Shown piece after piece: positions 1 through 10,402 of a stretch of 64,000 bases of DNA. Location: the NCBI GenBank assembly GCA_002427505.1, contig DIRJ01000052.1, forward strand, positions 3,230-67,229, read 5' to 3'. The translations under genes and the position numbers were made by a program. Position 1 is the stretch's first letter; every line of letters begins with the position of its first letter. Under the pieces are notes generated by a model. The model did no database searches, was not told the origin of the DNA, and was given only the letters and a program-made list of their open reading frames with translations. This stretch comes from Mageeibacillus sp. UBA5439. Its GTDB lineage: Bacteria; Bacillota; Clostridia; Saccharofermentanales; DTU023.

Positions 1-597
1 CAATCGGCTTTATTAGAGGCTATGCAGGAAAATCAGGTGACAGTTGACCAGACTACTTATGAGCTGCCACAACCCTTTATGGTTATGGCTACACAAAACC
101 CTATTGAACAACAAGGCACTTATGTTCTTCCGGAGGCTCAGCTGGACCGCTTCATGTTCCGGATGACACTTGGTTACCCGACTGCAAAAGAAGAAATTAA
201 TATTATGTCCCGTTTTTCCGCTGAAAACCCGATCGATAATTTATTACCGGTTGCTGCTGCTGCAGATGTGTTGTGGCTGCGCGATCAGGCCAGACAGGTC
301 TATGTAGCTGATGCAATTAAGCTATATATCACAAATCTGGCTCAGCAGACCAGACAGCATCCCGATGTTGAATTGGGAGCCAGTCCCAGAGCCTCTCTGA
401 TGCTCTTGCAGGCAGCTAAGGCAGCTGCTTTGCTCAGTGGCCGTGACTATGTCCTTCCTGATGATGTTCAGAGTTTATTGCATTTTGTATTTGACCATCG
501 TCTTATTATCAAGGCCGAGGGACGTTTGCGCGGCGCTCAGGCGGTCAGCATCATCGAGTCACTTAAGGAAACAGTTCAAGTTCCTGTACAAAGATGA
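1..597 (+). CDS. MoxR-family AAA+ ATPase, C-terminal part (5' end outside window)
   Basis: Frame 1 is open from nt 1 (QSALLEAMQENQVTVD...). It carries the MoxR signature VMATQNPIEQQGTYVLPEAQLDRF. Its stop overlaps the next start (ATGA at 594-597). Confidence 0.85.
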   Translation, partial: QSALLEAMQENQVTVDQTTYELPQPFMVMATQNPIEQQGTYVLPEAQLDRFMFRMTLGYPTAKEEINIMSRFSAENPIDNLLPVAAAADVLWLRDQARQVYVADAIKLYITNLAQQTRQHPDVELGASPRASLMLLQAAKAAALLSGRDYVLPDDVQSLLHFVFDHRLIIKAEGRLRGAQAVSIIESLKETVQVPVQR

Positions 598-1820
598 CAG
601 TTCTATTTGTACTATTAGTTTTGCTGATTGTGCCGCTCCTGGCCGGAGTGAGTTATTTCGGTCTGGCAGTTTTCAAGATCGCCTTGCTTTTTGTCCTGAT
701 TTTGTTGATATATTCCATTATCGAAATAATCTACCTGCGCAGCCGTCTGCGAATTGGTCAGCTTGAATATCAGGCAGAGACAAACCGTGGTGATTTGGCA
801 GAATTTAAACTTTCGATATCACTTCAGACCTTATTCCTTCCTGCCGAGATATCAGTTACAGCCTGGTATGGTCTGACTGACAGAAGCCTGGAAGCTGAAC
901 AGCACCTTGTGCGTCACAGCCTGGTTCCCGGTAATAAGGAAGAGATCATTGTCAGTATGGAGGCAAGACATACCGGTTGGTTGCAGCTGGATGAAGTCAT
1001 TATTTCCCTGCGTGGCATACTGGGTATTTTACAGACTAAGTACAGATACAGTTCTGATCAGGAGAATATGCAAACATTGGTGCTGCCGCTTGCGTCTTTT
1101 GACGCAACACCAGCAGTCAATGCTCTGCGCGAAAGCAAAGACGGTCTTGTCGAGCGCAAGCGCGTTGAAGACCGCAGCGAAGAGATTGATACGCTGCGGG
1201 AATATTCTCCGGGTGATGATATACGCCGCATCCACTGGCAAGTCAGTGCTCGTTTGCAATCCATGATGATTAAGCAGTATGAGGAAGCTCTGGAGATGCG
1301 CACAGCTGTACTGGTCGATGAAAATACAGCAGATGCAGAGTACAAGTCAGCACCGGAGTGGAATAAAGCTCTTAGCCGGCGTGATTTACTGCTCGAGTCC
1401 ACGGCAGGGATCCTGCATGAATTTCTCAACAGAGAGCTATATGTCCGTTTAGAAACAGGAGCAGGCTCAACAGGCGGAGTTTTCAGCAGGAAGATTGAGA
1501 GCCTTCAGTCTTACCGGCGCCAGCTGGCGCTGCTGCCGGTAAATTCCACTCCTGAGATAGGCACGTTGATTGTCCATGAATTAAATCAGATTTCAGCTGA
1601 TCGCTATTTGCTGCTGACCACCCGCCTTAGCTATCAGACTGTTACCACTATATTGAAGCTGAAAGAACAGGTCCGCTATGTCAGCCTGTTCTTTTTCATT
1701 GAGGACCCGCCCGGCCATGAAATGGAAGAGGCTTTTGATCGTATGCGCCGTGCCGGTGTTGACGTTTTTGTGTATATTTTTGCCTCCAGCGGAGTATTGC
1801 GTGAACGGAAGAAAAAGTGA
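594..1820 (+). CDS. DUF58 domain protein (vWA-like partner of MoxR), N-terminal TM helices
   Basis: Contains REYSPGDDIRRIHWQVSARL, characteristic of DUF58. The N-terminus is hydrophobic. It is translationally coupled to both neighbours. Confidence 0.85.
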   Translation: MTVLFVLLVLLIVPLLAGVSYFGLAVFKIALLFVLILLIYSIIEIIYLRSRLRIGQLEYQAETNRGDLAEFKLSISLQTLFLPAEISVTAWYGLTDRSLEAEQHLVRHSLVPGNKEEIIVSMEARHTGWLQLDEVIISLRGILGILQTKYRYSSDQENMQTLVLPLASFDATPAVNALRESKDGLVERKRVEDRSEEIDTLREYSPGDDIRRIHWQVSARLQSMMIKQYEEALEMRTAVLVDENTADAEYKSAPEWNKALSRRDLLLESTAGILHEFLNRELYVRLETGAGSTGGVFSRKIESLQSYRRQLALLPVNSTPEIGTLIVHELNQISADRYLLLTTRLSYQTVTTILKLKEQVRYVSLFFFIEDPPGHEMEEAFDRMRRAGVDVFVYIFASSGVLRERKKK

Positions 1821-4294
1821 AATCGAAAGAGAATAATACACAATACAGATCTTCTGATTTACTGCTGAAAGTTGGTGCTCAGAACGGTGGCGGCGACTCT
1901 TTTTTTGATGGTGAATCCTGGCAGATTCTCCGGCGCTTTGTCTTGTCTTTTTTCTTTGCCTTATCAGTATCACCCCTGTGGATGACTGCCTTCAATTTAG
2001 AGATGAATCTGTGGCAGCAGAGCCTGATTATACTTGTTACATACATATTAATCTATCTGATTGTGCGCTTTTCAAAAGCCCTCTCCGCTGCTGTCCTTTT
2101 GTTGCTGACTTTAGGAGTTATCGGAGCTTTTGCTCCGGGATTGCCCCTGCTTGGCACTTTAGGCCAAGTTCTCAGATCTGTCTTTGACTTACTTTATAAT
2201 CGTCTGTCTTATGGTTTGGGTATTGCAACAGAGCTGGTGGAAGCAGGTGTGATTGCCAGTGCAGGTTTTGTTGTTGTACTGGCTCTTTTAGCCGCTCTAA
2301 TTCTTCTCTGGCGACCTCTGCCAATACTTGCTTTTCTTTTTTCCACCACACTTTTTGCTTTTGCTGAAGAGATCTCAAAAGGTGCCGGCGTGAGGGAAAT
2401 GCAGCTGGCCTATGCCGGCTCTATTCTGGTTATTCTTCTGATCTGGACTTTCGGAGAGAACAAAGCTAAGCTGGCTTTCAGGTCTGAACGGCGGATTAAA
2501 AGCAGGGGTAACGCTAATGAACATAGCAGGCGCAAGAGGGCAGTGCCTGTCAGCATCTTCATTCTGGCAGTGCTCATGCTGCTGAACTTACTGATTCCTG
2601 CAAGCGTTTTTTACGTGAAGAGATTTGATGATAATATGTCCCGCCTGTTGGGGCAGCGTTACCAGGAGCCTTCATCTATACCATATTTGCAGTTTTCTTT
2701 AAAAGATCTGGGTTACTATCCTCAGGAAAACAGATTGGGTGGTAGCCCGCAGCTGCTGGATGAAACCTACATGTATCTCGATACTGACTCGCGCTCCATT
2801 TATTTGCGGGGTACTGCTTATTATGAATATACGGGACTTGGCTGGACCGTAGATGGCATGAATCCTAACTGGCTGATGGGGCATTCACGCAATGCTGAAG
2901 ATCAGAAGCAGATTCTGGGCCCCTTACATAACAGCGAGGAAGCTCTGCTGCAGCAGATCTTACCTGACAGGTCCTTTGAGCTGAAACCAGTGTATGATCA
3001 GCAGGTGGTCTTCCATGGCGGCAGACCGGCAAGTTTTACAAGTCTGGATTCAAGTTCTTTTAATGTCTATTTCAACCAAAGCGGAAATCTTTACCTGGAC
3101 AGACGTATTACACAAGCAGGCTATAGGGGAGTGGGGCAATGGTTTTCCGTACGTAAATTGCATGATGCGGACAATCTGCAAGCCCTGATCGGCTTGTTCC
3201 CGGAAAGCCTGATGACAGGCACAGACAGGTCGCGTTGGCTTTCTCTGCCTCAGCTGCCTACACTAAGACCCGTTCTGCAGGAAAAGCATCCTGAACTGGA
3301 AGCATTAGTCTATGGCTCTGGCTATAGTGATGTAGAACGTGCAACTTCTATCCGTTCTTATCTGGCTGATAATTTTACCTATACGCTTAATGTGGAGATA
3401 CCTCCGGCCGACCGCGATTTTGTCACGTATTTTCTGGAAACAGGTGAAGGCTACTGCACCTATTTCGCCACCACCCTGACAGTTTTGCTGCGGAGTGCGG
3501 GCATACCTGCGCGCTATGTGGAGGGCTTTCTCGTTCCTCAGTCTGACACAGCCAGCAGGCGTGAACTACGCGGCGAAAACGGACATGCCTGGACTGAAGT
3601 CTGGTTTGATGGCCTGGGCTGGGTGCCGCTTGATGCCACCCCATCCTCAGCTTTGGACCAGATGGAAAACATAGCCGGGGAAGACCCCGGTGAAGAGACA
3701 GTGCCTACAGAAGTTATAACTGAAGCGCCGGAGACGCTGGCCCCGACGGAAGCCATCCCGGAAAAAGATCATACTCAGGCTACAGAGCCTCCTCAAGGGG
3801 CTGAAGCCGGTTCCTCCTTCCGGCAAGTGCTGCTTTCTATTGCTAAACTATGCTTCTATATACTGCTCTTCAGCTTTCCAGTCTGCTTGTTCATCCTTTG
3901 GCGCTGCCTGGTATATAAACAGCGTCATAAGCCGGAATACCTGCAAAAAGAACTGGAAGAAAGTTCAGCCGGAGAGCTGATCAGTAGAATCGATCTGGAT
4001 CTGCAGGCTATGTGGAAGCTGGAGGACAAAAGCAGAAATTACGGTGAAACAATCCGTGAATTTGTCGGTCGCATGAATGCAAAAGACAAAAATAAGATTG
4101 ATCAGATCTATCTGGATCTGACAGAAAGAATATATTACGATGATCCGGACGGACAAATTATCAGCCGGGAAGAACTGGAAGCTTTCCTGGACTTTTACGC
4201 CGGGGAAGAAAGACGCCTGAAAGAAGATTTACCGCGGAAGAGATGGATCATGAAACGTTTCCTGTGGTCTGAGTATCATCCCTTGCCACGATGA
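1817..4294 (+). CDS. Transglutaminase-like polytopic membrane protein (TgpA/YebA-like)
   Basis: GTG start overlaps the upstream stop (GTGA). Multiple N-terminal TM segments. Cys-His-Asp transglutaminase core: GEGYCTYFAT...NGHAWTEVWFDGLGWVPLDATP. Followed by a P/E/T-rich linker, one more TM segment and a C-terminal cytoplasmic tail. Confidence 0.85.
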   Translation: MKSKENNTQYRSSDLLLKVGAQNGGGDSFFDGESWQILRRFVLSFFFALSVSPLWMTAFNLEMNLWQQSLIILVTYILIYLIVRFSKALSAAVLLLLTLGVIGAFAPGLPLLGTLGQVLRSVFDLLYNRLSYGLGIATELVEAGVIASAGFVVVLALLAALILLWRPLPILAFLFSTTLFAFAEEISKGAGVREMQLAYAGSILVILLIWTFGENKAKLAFRSERRIKSRGNANEHSRRKRAVPVSIFILAVLMLLNLLIPASVFYVKRFDDNMSRLLGQRYQEPSSIPYLQFSLKDLGYYPQENRLGGSPQLLDETYMYLDTDSRSIYLRGTAYYEYTGLGWTVDGMNPNWLMGHSRNAEDQKQILGPLHNSEEALLQQILPDRSFELKPVYDQQVVFHGGRPASFTSLDSSSFNVYFNQSGNLYLDRRITQAGYRGVGQWFSVRKLHDADNLQALIGLFPESLMTGTDRSRWLSLPQLPTLRPVLQEKHPELEALVYGSGYSDVERATSIRSYLADNFTYTLNVEIPPADRDFVTYFLETGEGYCTYFATTLTVLLRSAGIPARYVEGFLVPQSDTASRRELRGENGHAWTEVWFDGLGWVPLDATPSSALDQMENIAGEDPGEETVPTEVITEAPETLAPTEAIPEKDHTQATEPPQGAEAGSSFRQVLLSIAKLCFYILLFSFPVCLFILWRCLVYKQRHKPEYLQKELEESSAGELISRIDLDLQAMWKLEDKSRNYGETIREFVGRMNAKDKNKIDQIYLDLTERIYYDDPDGQIISREELEAFLDFYAGEERRLKEDLPRKRWIMKRFLWSEYHPLPR

Positions 4295-4319
4295 AAAATA
4301 TATTAAAGAGAAGAATTCA

Positions 4320-5807
4320 ATGGAAAACAATAAGAAGAATATAGATTTTTATATGAATGAGATACAAAGCGGAACGGAGGCTTTTCAGATGACGGCAGGC
4401 CGTCCGCTCAGCTATTTTATACGTACTTTCGGCTGCCAGCAGAATGATAATGACAGTGAAATATCTGCAGGTCTTCTGGAGTATATGGGCCTAAAAGCGG
4501 CTACCTGCATTGAGGAGGCAGACATTGTTATCTTTAATACCTGTAGTGTCAGAGAGAATGCCGACAGACGTTTTTATGGCAATTTAGGTAATCTAAAGAC
4601 CTGGCGCAGCGAAGAAAAGCAACGCCGTATCGGTGTCATGGGCTGCATGCCGGTGCAGGAGACTCATAACACGATGCTTAAAGAAAGCTTTCCCTATATT
4701 GATTTTCTGCTTAATGCCGGTGATATGGGAAACTTGCCCCGGGCACTATATGAATCGGGCAGGCAAAAGAAGCACTCTATAGTGGACCTGACTGATCAGG
4801 CTAAAGAAATGACCTATCCTTCCTTACCGGTCAAGCGGGAGAATAAATACCGTGCTCTGATCTCGATCATGTCAGGCTGCAATAATTTCTGCACCTACTG
4901 CATTGTTCCTTATACCAGAGGGCGTGAAAGCAGCCGTGACCCTCAGCTTATTCTGGCAGAAGCCAGAGCTGCGGTTGATAACGGCGCTAAAGAAATAATG
5001 CTGATTGGACAGAATGTAAATTCTTACGGTAACGATAGGAGAAAACAGGGAGAGTCGGATTTTCCCTCCTTCGCCCGCCTGCTGGAAGAGATAGCGCAGT
5101 TTCCTGATTTGAGTATTCTCAGATATATGACATCTCACCCCAAAGATTTAAGTGATGAGCTAATTGAGGTTATCGGAAAATATGAAACCATCGAAGCACA
5201 TGTGCACCTGCCCCTGCAGTCCGGCAGCGATCATCTCTTAAAAAAGATGAATCGGCGCTATACCGCCGAGCATTATCTTGAATTGGTAAATAAACTGCGT
5301 TCTGCCCGGCCCGGCATAAGTATCAGCACCGACATTATTGTTGGCTTCCCGGGAGAGACAGAGGAAGATTTTGCAGATACACTGAGACTCATGGAAACGG
5401 TCAAATTTGACCGGGCTTTTACCTTTATCTACAGTCCGCGCAGCGGTACTCCGGCGGCCGGTTGGAGTCAGAATGTTTCAGACCTTGTGATACAGGAAAG
5501 ATTTGAACGTTTGCTTGCTTTGCAAAATAAGCACAGTCTTGAATCAAATGAAAAATGTACAGGCCAAACCCTCTATGTACTGGTGAGTGGTTTAAGTAAA
5601 AGCGACAATGGAACTTTTTCCGGCAGAACTAAGGATGACAGATTAGTTAATTTTTGCCTGCCTGAGGCAGCGATAACTGCGGATGAGCTGCTGACAGCAA
5701 GAGGGAAGCCGGTAAGCTCTGTCATCGCGGACGGGAGTGAGGTTTTTGTTCACATAACAAAAGCTAAAGCACATTCTCTGGAGGGAGTTTTTGCAGGCTT
5801 AGCTTAA
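4320..5807 (+). CDS. miaB: tRNA-i6A37 methylthiotransferase MiaB (radical SAM)
   Basis: N-terminal MTTase motif FIRTFGCQQNDNDSE. Radical-SAM cluster SGCNNFCTYCIVPYTRG. C-terminal TRAM region. Confidence 0.93.
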   Translation: MENNKKNIDFYMNEIQSGTEAFQMTAGRPLSYFIRTFGCQQNDNDSEISAGLLEYMGLKAATCIEEADIVIFNTCSVRENADRRFYGNLGNLKTWRSEEKQRRIGVMGCMPVQETHNTMLKESFPYIDFLLNAGDMGNLPRALYESGRQKKHSIVDLTDQAKEMTYPSLPVKRENKYRALISIMSGCNNFCTYCIVPYTRGRESSRDPQLILAEARAAVDNGAKEIMLIGQNVNSYGNDRRKQGESDFPSFARLLEEIAQFPDLSILRYMTSHPKDLSDELIEVIGKYETIEAHVHLPLQSGSDHLLKKMNRRYTAEHYLELVNKLRSARPGISISTDIIVGFPGETEEDFADTLRLMETVKFDRAFTFIYSPRSGTPAAGWSQNVSDLVIQERFERLLALQNKHSLESNEKCTGQTLYVLVSGLSKSDNGTFSGRTKDDRLVNFCLPEAAITADELLTARGKPVSSVIADGSEVFVHITKAKAHSLEGVFAGLA

Positions 5808-5864
5808 TATAAAGAATAGCTTATATTTATAAGGTAAAGATATGTAGGATGATCTGCGCGATAT

Positions 5865-8513
5865 ATGAGTACACTAAGATTTGAAAATATTGACAAAGAA
5901 CTTTTGACGCCTTTAATGAGACAGTATGTTGCGGAGAAGGAAAGCCGCCCTGATTGTTTGATTTTTATGCGTCTGGGAGATTTCTACGAGGTATTTTTTG
6001 ATGATGCCCTCCTGGTTGCACGTGAACTGGAGTTAAAACTGACAGGCCGTGACTGTGGCCTGGATGAACGTGCCCCCATGTGTGGAGTACCACATCATGC
6101 GGTTGATAAGTATTTAAATCGCTTGCTGGAACGTGGTTACAAAATCGCAATTTGCGAACAGGTAGAGGATCCGGCCGAAGCCAAGGGGCTGGTGGCGCGT
6201 GAAGTGGTAAGAGTTCTGACGCCAGGTACAAAACTTGATCCGGATTCTCTGGATGCCAGCAAATATTCGATTATCTGCGCAGTTCTGGAGGAAGATGGTG
6301 CTTATGGAATTGCTGCCTGTGATCTTTCTTCGGGGCATTTTGAGACCAGTGATTTATTAGGTCTACAAGCTGAATCCCATTTATTTGATGAGCTGGAACG
6401 TTTCGCCCCGGTAGAATTTGTCGTCAATGAAAAATTTGTTCAAAATATTAAATTTAGCGACTACTGTACGAGAAAGCAGATCACCGTTACTACTTTGCCG
6501 GACAGTTCATTCAGCAGTAAAAGGGCATCCGAATTTGGTATAAAATTTAATGACAAGGACCTGCTTTGGCATCGCAGTTCTGCAGGTTTGATTTATTATC
6601 TGCAAGACACACAGGGCATGGTGCCGACACATTTCGGAGAAATTAAGCCCTATAGATTCCGTGATTATATGATTCTGGATCGGTCAGCCCGGATGAATCT
6701 GGAACTGACTGAGACCTTGCGTGACCGCAAACGCAGAGGCAGTCTGCTCTGGGCAGTTGACCACTGTAAAACTGCTATGGGCAGCCGCAACTTGCGCCAG
6801 TGGCTGGAACAGCCTTTATTGAACATTGCTCAGATTGAACGCCGTCAGGATGCGGTGGCTTTTTTAAAAGACAATTTTATGATTCGCCGTTCTCTAAGCG
6901 AGGCACTTTATGGTCTTTATGATATGGAACGGCTGTCCGGACGGATAGCATCCTTCAACGTATCTCCCCGGGATTTGCTTTCCTTGCGTGATACTCTGGG
7001 GCGTCTGCCGGAGTTCCACAAACTTATGGCGGATATTGAGACGGATGCTCTTCAGGCTATTGCCGGAGACATCTATACTTTACCGGAACTGGAAGCTAAG
7101 CTTTCCCGGGCTTTGCTGGATGACGCCCCCATTCAGATAATGGATGGCGGACTGATTCGTGACGGCTATGATACAGAACGTGATGAGCTGGCAAAAATTG
7201 CTCTGCACGGCCAGGAATATATCTTGCAGCTTGAAGCGGAAGAAAGAGAAAAAACCGGCATTAAGAACCTGAAAGTCGGATACAATCGTGTAGCCGGATA
7301 TTACATCGAAGTACTTAAGTCGCAGTCGGATAAGGTGCCGGAGCACTACAGGCGCCGCCAAACCCTGACTAATTCTGAACGCTATCTGACACCTGAGCTT
7401 AAAGAGTACGAAGAAAAGATCCTGACAGCCAATCAAAAACTGAAATCGTTAGAATACGAGATCTTCATCTCGCTGCGGGAAACAGTCGCGGAATATCTGG
7501 ACAAAATTCAGACAACAGCCCGGGCTCTGGCGAGGCTGGATGCTCTGATTTCACTGGCTGAAGTTGCGGAACGTCATAACTACTGCAGACCTCGCTTAAC
7601 AGAGGAATCAATCTTAAAGATTACCCAGGGCAGACATCCCGTGGTGGAGCAGATCTTAGGTGCCAGCGACTTTGTCCCTAATGATATTGATCTGAATACT
7701 GATGATCAGCGCATTATGCTGCTTACCGGCCCGAATATGTCCGGCAAGTCCACCTATATGCGGCAGGTCGCTTTAACCTGCATTCTGGCTCAGTCCGGCA
7801 GCTTTGTGCCGGCAGACTCGGCCGTGGTCGGTATCTGCGATCAGATATTTACACGGGTGGGTGCTTCAGATGACGTCTCCGGCGGTCAGTCCACTTTTAT
7901 GGTGGAAATGAGTGAAGTCGCAACAATTCTGACCCAGGCGACACCCCGCAGTTTGCTGATACTGGATGAAATCGGACGCGGTACCAGCACCGCAGACGGT
8001 CTGTCGATTGCCTGGGCGGTTGTCGAATATCTGGCGGATACAACTTTTATCGGTGCCAGATCAATGTTTGCAACTCATTTCCACGAGCTGACTGAATTGA
8101 GTCAAACACAGAAAGGTGTGTTTAATGCTCATGTAGATGTTGCCAAACGGGGAGGAGAAATTGTTTTTCTGCATCAGATCAAATCCGGCGGTACAGATCA
8201 GAGTTACGGAATTGAAGTATCCAGGCTGGCAGGTGTTCCGGCGCCGGTAGTAGACCGGGCCCGGGAAATAATGGTGCTGCTGGAAAAGGCTAACAAAAAA
8301 GAGAGACGGCAAATTCGAAAAGATGCGCAGCCCATGGAAGGTCAGCTGGGCCTTTTCGCCCAGGCCCAATCAGTCAAACTGGCTGACGAAATAATAGAGC
8401 TCGTGAGCGATAGTGATCCTAACTCAATGAGCCCGATTGAAGCTTATTCTCTGCTGCTGGATCTGAAACAGATGGTTGAGAAACAGGAACGTCTGCGGCA
8501 GGAGGAAGATTAA
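5865..8513 (+). CDS. mutS: DNA mismatch repair protein MutS
   Basis: N-terminal TPLMRQY...GDFYE mismatch-binding motif. Walker A GPNMSGKSTYMRQ. STFMVEM and DEIGRGTST motifs. Confidence 0.97.
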   Translation: MSTLRFENIDKELLTPLMRQYVAEKESRPDCLIFMRLGDFYEVFFDDALLVARELELKLTGRDCGLDERAPMCGVPHHAVDKYLNRLLERGYKIAICEQVEDPAEAKGLVAREVVRVLTPGTKLDPDSLDASKYSIICAVLEEDGAYGIAACDLSSGHFETSDLLGLQAESHLFDELERFAPVEFVVNEKFVQNIKFSDYCTRKQITVTTLPDSSFSSKRASEFGIKFNDKDLLWHRSSAGLIYYLQDTQGMVPTHFGEIKPYRFRDYMILDRSARMNLELTETLRDRKRRGSLLWAVDHCKTAMGSRNLRQWLEQPLLNIAQIERRQDAVAFLKDNFMIRRSLSEALYGLYDMERLSGRIASFNVSPRDLLSLRDTLGRLPEFHKLMADIETDALQAIAGDIYTLPELEAKLSRALLDDAPIQIMDGGLIRDGYDTERDELAKIALHGQEYILQLEAEEREKTGIKNLKVGYNRVAGYYIEVLKSQSDKVPEHYRRRQTLTNSERYLTPELKEYEEKILTANQKLKSLEYEIFISLRETVAEYLDKIQTTARALARLDALISLAEVAERHNYCRPRLTEESILKITQGRHPVVEQILGASDFVPNDIDLNTDDQRIMLLTGPNMSGKSTYMRQVALTCILAQSGSFVPADSAVVGICDQIFTRVGASDDVSGGQSTFMVEMSEVATILTQATPRSLLILDEIGRGTSTADGLSIAWAVVEYLADTTFIGARSMFATHFHELTELSQTQKGVFNAHVDVAKRGGEIVFLHQIKSGGTDQSYGIEVSRLAGVPAPVVDRAREIMVLLEKANKKERRQIRKDAQPMEGQLGLFAQAQSVKLADEIIELVSDSDPNSMSPIEAYSLLLDLKQMVEKQERLRQEED

Positions 8514-10402
8514 TGGCCACAATCCATAAATTAGACAATCATACAATCAATAGCATAGCGGCCGGAGAAGTGGTTGAACGACCGGCTTCAGTAGCTAAAG
8601 AACTGATAGACAATGCCCTGGATGCAGGTGCTTCCATTATTCGTATTTCTATGCAAGCAGGAGGAATCAGGCTGCTGGAAGTTGAAGATGATGGCTTTGG
8701 TATGAGTGCTGCGGACGCAGCCTTGTCACTGGAAAGCCATGCTACCAGTAAGCTGGCTGCGCTTGATGATTTATTGCGTATAGAGACGATGGGTTTCAGG
8801 GGAGAAGCTTTAGCCAGCATAGCGGCGGTTTCGCGGCTTGAGCTGCGTACCCGCTTAATAGCTTCTGACACCGGCAGCAGGCTGCTGGTTGAAGGGGGCA
8901 AGCTGATCTCTTCAGAACCCGCAGGCATGAAAGAAGGAACTACTGTTACTGTACGTGACCTTTTCTTCAATACGCCGGCGCGCTATAAGTTTCTAAAGAC
9001 TGATCGCGCTGAAGGCAGTGCTGTTGTCGATATGGTCGGCCGGCTCGCCCTGGCACGTCCGGATGTCTCTTTCCGGGTGCGGCGAATCGAAGACAAAAAA
9101 GATCTCTTGCATACTCCGGGTAACAATGATTTGTTAAGTGCCATTTATGCTGTCTTCGGCCGGGAGCTGGCAGAAGCTATGACCGCAGTGGAACATAGTG
9201 TCAGCCCCATAAAGGTTAAGGGTTACATGACTCTGCCGGCAGAGGCGCGCCACAACCGCAGTCGCCAGCTATTTGTTGTTAATCAGCGTGTGATACAGTC
9301 CCCCACGCTGCGTGCTGCAGCAGATGAAGCAGGGAAGACCTGGTTCATGAAAGGACGTTTCCCGGCTCTGGTTTTGCATCTGGACATACCGCCGGAACTA
9401 GTTGATGTTAACGTACATCCACAAAAAAGTGAGATCAGAGTCTGGGATGAGAAAATCCTCTTTCGTTCTGTTTATCAAGCCTTACAGGAATGTCTCTCCC
9501 GGGAAGAAACGATAAAGGAAGATAAATCTTATCCAATAAGTGCAGAAGAGACAGATCTGAAAACTGAGGAAAAAATCTCTCCTGCAGCTTATGGCAGGAA
9601 TATAAGTTTTCCGCAGGGCGGAACAGCCGGAGCACAGCTTGCTTTTGCTGACACTGTGGAAAGCAAAAAACAGAAAGATTATCCGGCCAAGCGCCTGAGG
9701 GAAGCAGACAGAAAATCCGATCAGCCTGCCGGACCCGTCTTGGCTCCAGCAGAAATTGGCAGCAGTTCCCGGGCTCAAGAAGTGAAAAAAACACGGGCAG
9801 CTGAACTGGCAGGTGCCCGCTATATCGGGTCATTATTACAGACATACCTCCTGTTTGAAGCTAAGGAAAGCCTGTTTATTATTGATCAACACGCAGCGCA
9901 CGAACGTATAATTTATGAGAAATTGTTATATAATTTTAATCAGGAAAGGGAAGAGGGGAGACTCTCACAAACTCTCCTGTTGCCTGTTCGCGTCAATCTT
10001 AGTGCAGGGGAGATGACTTTCTTTACTGAAAATGAGGGCGAATTTGCCCGCCTGGGTTTTGTTTGTGAACCCTTTGGTGAAACGTCTCTTGTGATCAGAG
10101 CGGTGCCTAGCACCGGCAGCTCAAAAAATGAACTTGATCCTGCAGCTGCTTTCAGAGCAGTCCTGGAACATGCCGGCAGTCAAAGTGATCCTGAACTGGC
10201 TTTCAGTGATACCGAGCTTTTTCATGATATGGCCTGTAAGGCCGCGGTTAAGGCCAATGACAGTCTCTCGCAAAAGGAAGCCGAAGTTTTGCTTAGTTCC
10301 TTACTGGAACTGGATAACCCGTATCATTGTCCGCATGGACGTCCGGTAATTGTCAGCAAAAGTCGGGCGGAATTTGAAAAAATGTTTGGCAGGAAAGTCT
10401 GA
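8513..10402 (+). CDS. mutL: DNA mismatch repair protein MutL
   Basis: GHKL ATPase N-terminus (IAAGEVVERPASVAKELIDNALDAG). C-terminal endonuclease motif DQHAAHERI. TAATG overlap with mutS. Confidence 0.96.
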   Translation: MATIHKLDNHTINSIAAGEVVERPASVAKELIDNALDAGASIIRISMQAGGIRLLEVEDDGFGMSAADAALSLESHATSKLAALDDLLRIETMGFRGEALASIAAVSRLELRTRLIASDTGSRLLVEGGKLISSEPAGMKEGTTVTVRDLFFNTPARYKFLKTDRAEGSAVVDMVGRLALARPDVSFRVRRIEDKKDLLHTPGNNDLLSAIYAVFGRELAEAMTAVEHSVSPIKVKGYMTLPAEARHNRSRQLFVVNQRVIQSPTLRAAADEAGKTWFMKGRFPALVLHLDIPPELVDVNVHPQKSEIRVWDEKILFRSVYQALQECLSREETIKEDKSYPISAEETDLKTEEKISPAAYGRNISFPQGGTAGAQLAFADTVESKKQKDYPAKRLREADRKSDQPAGPVLAPAEIGSSSRAQEVKKTRAAELAGARYIGSLLQTYLLFEAKESLFIIDQHAAHERIIYEKLLYNFNQEREEGRLSQTLLLPVRVNLSAGEMTFFTENEGEFARLGFVCEPFGETSLVIRAVPSTGSSKNELDPAAAFRAVLEHAGSQSDPELAFSDTELFHDMACKAAVKANDSLSQKEAEVLLSSLLELDNPYHCPHGRPVIVSKSRAEFEKMFGRKV

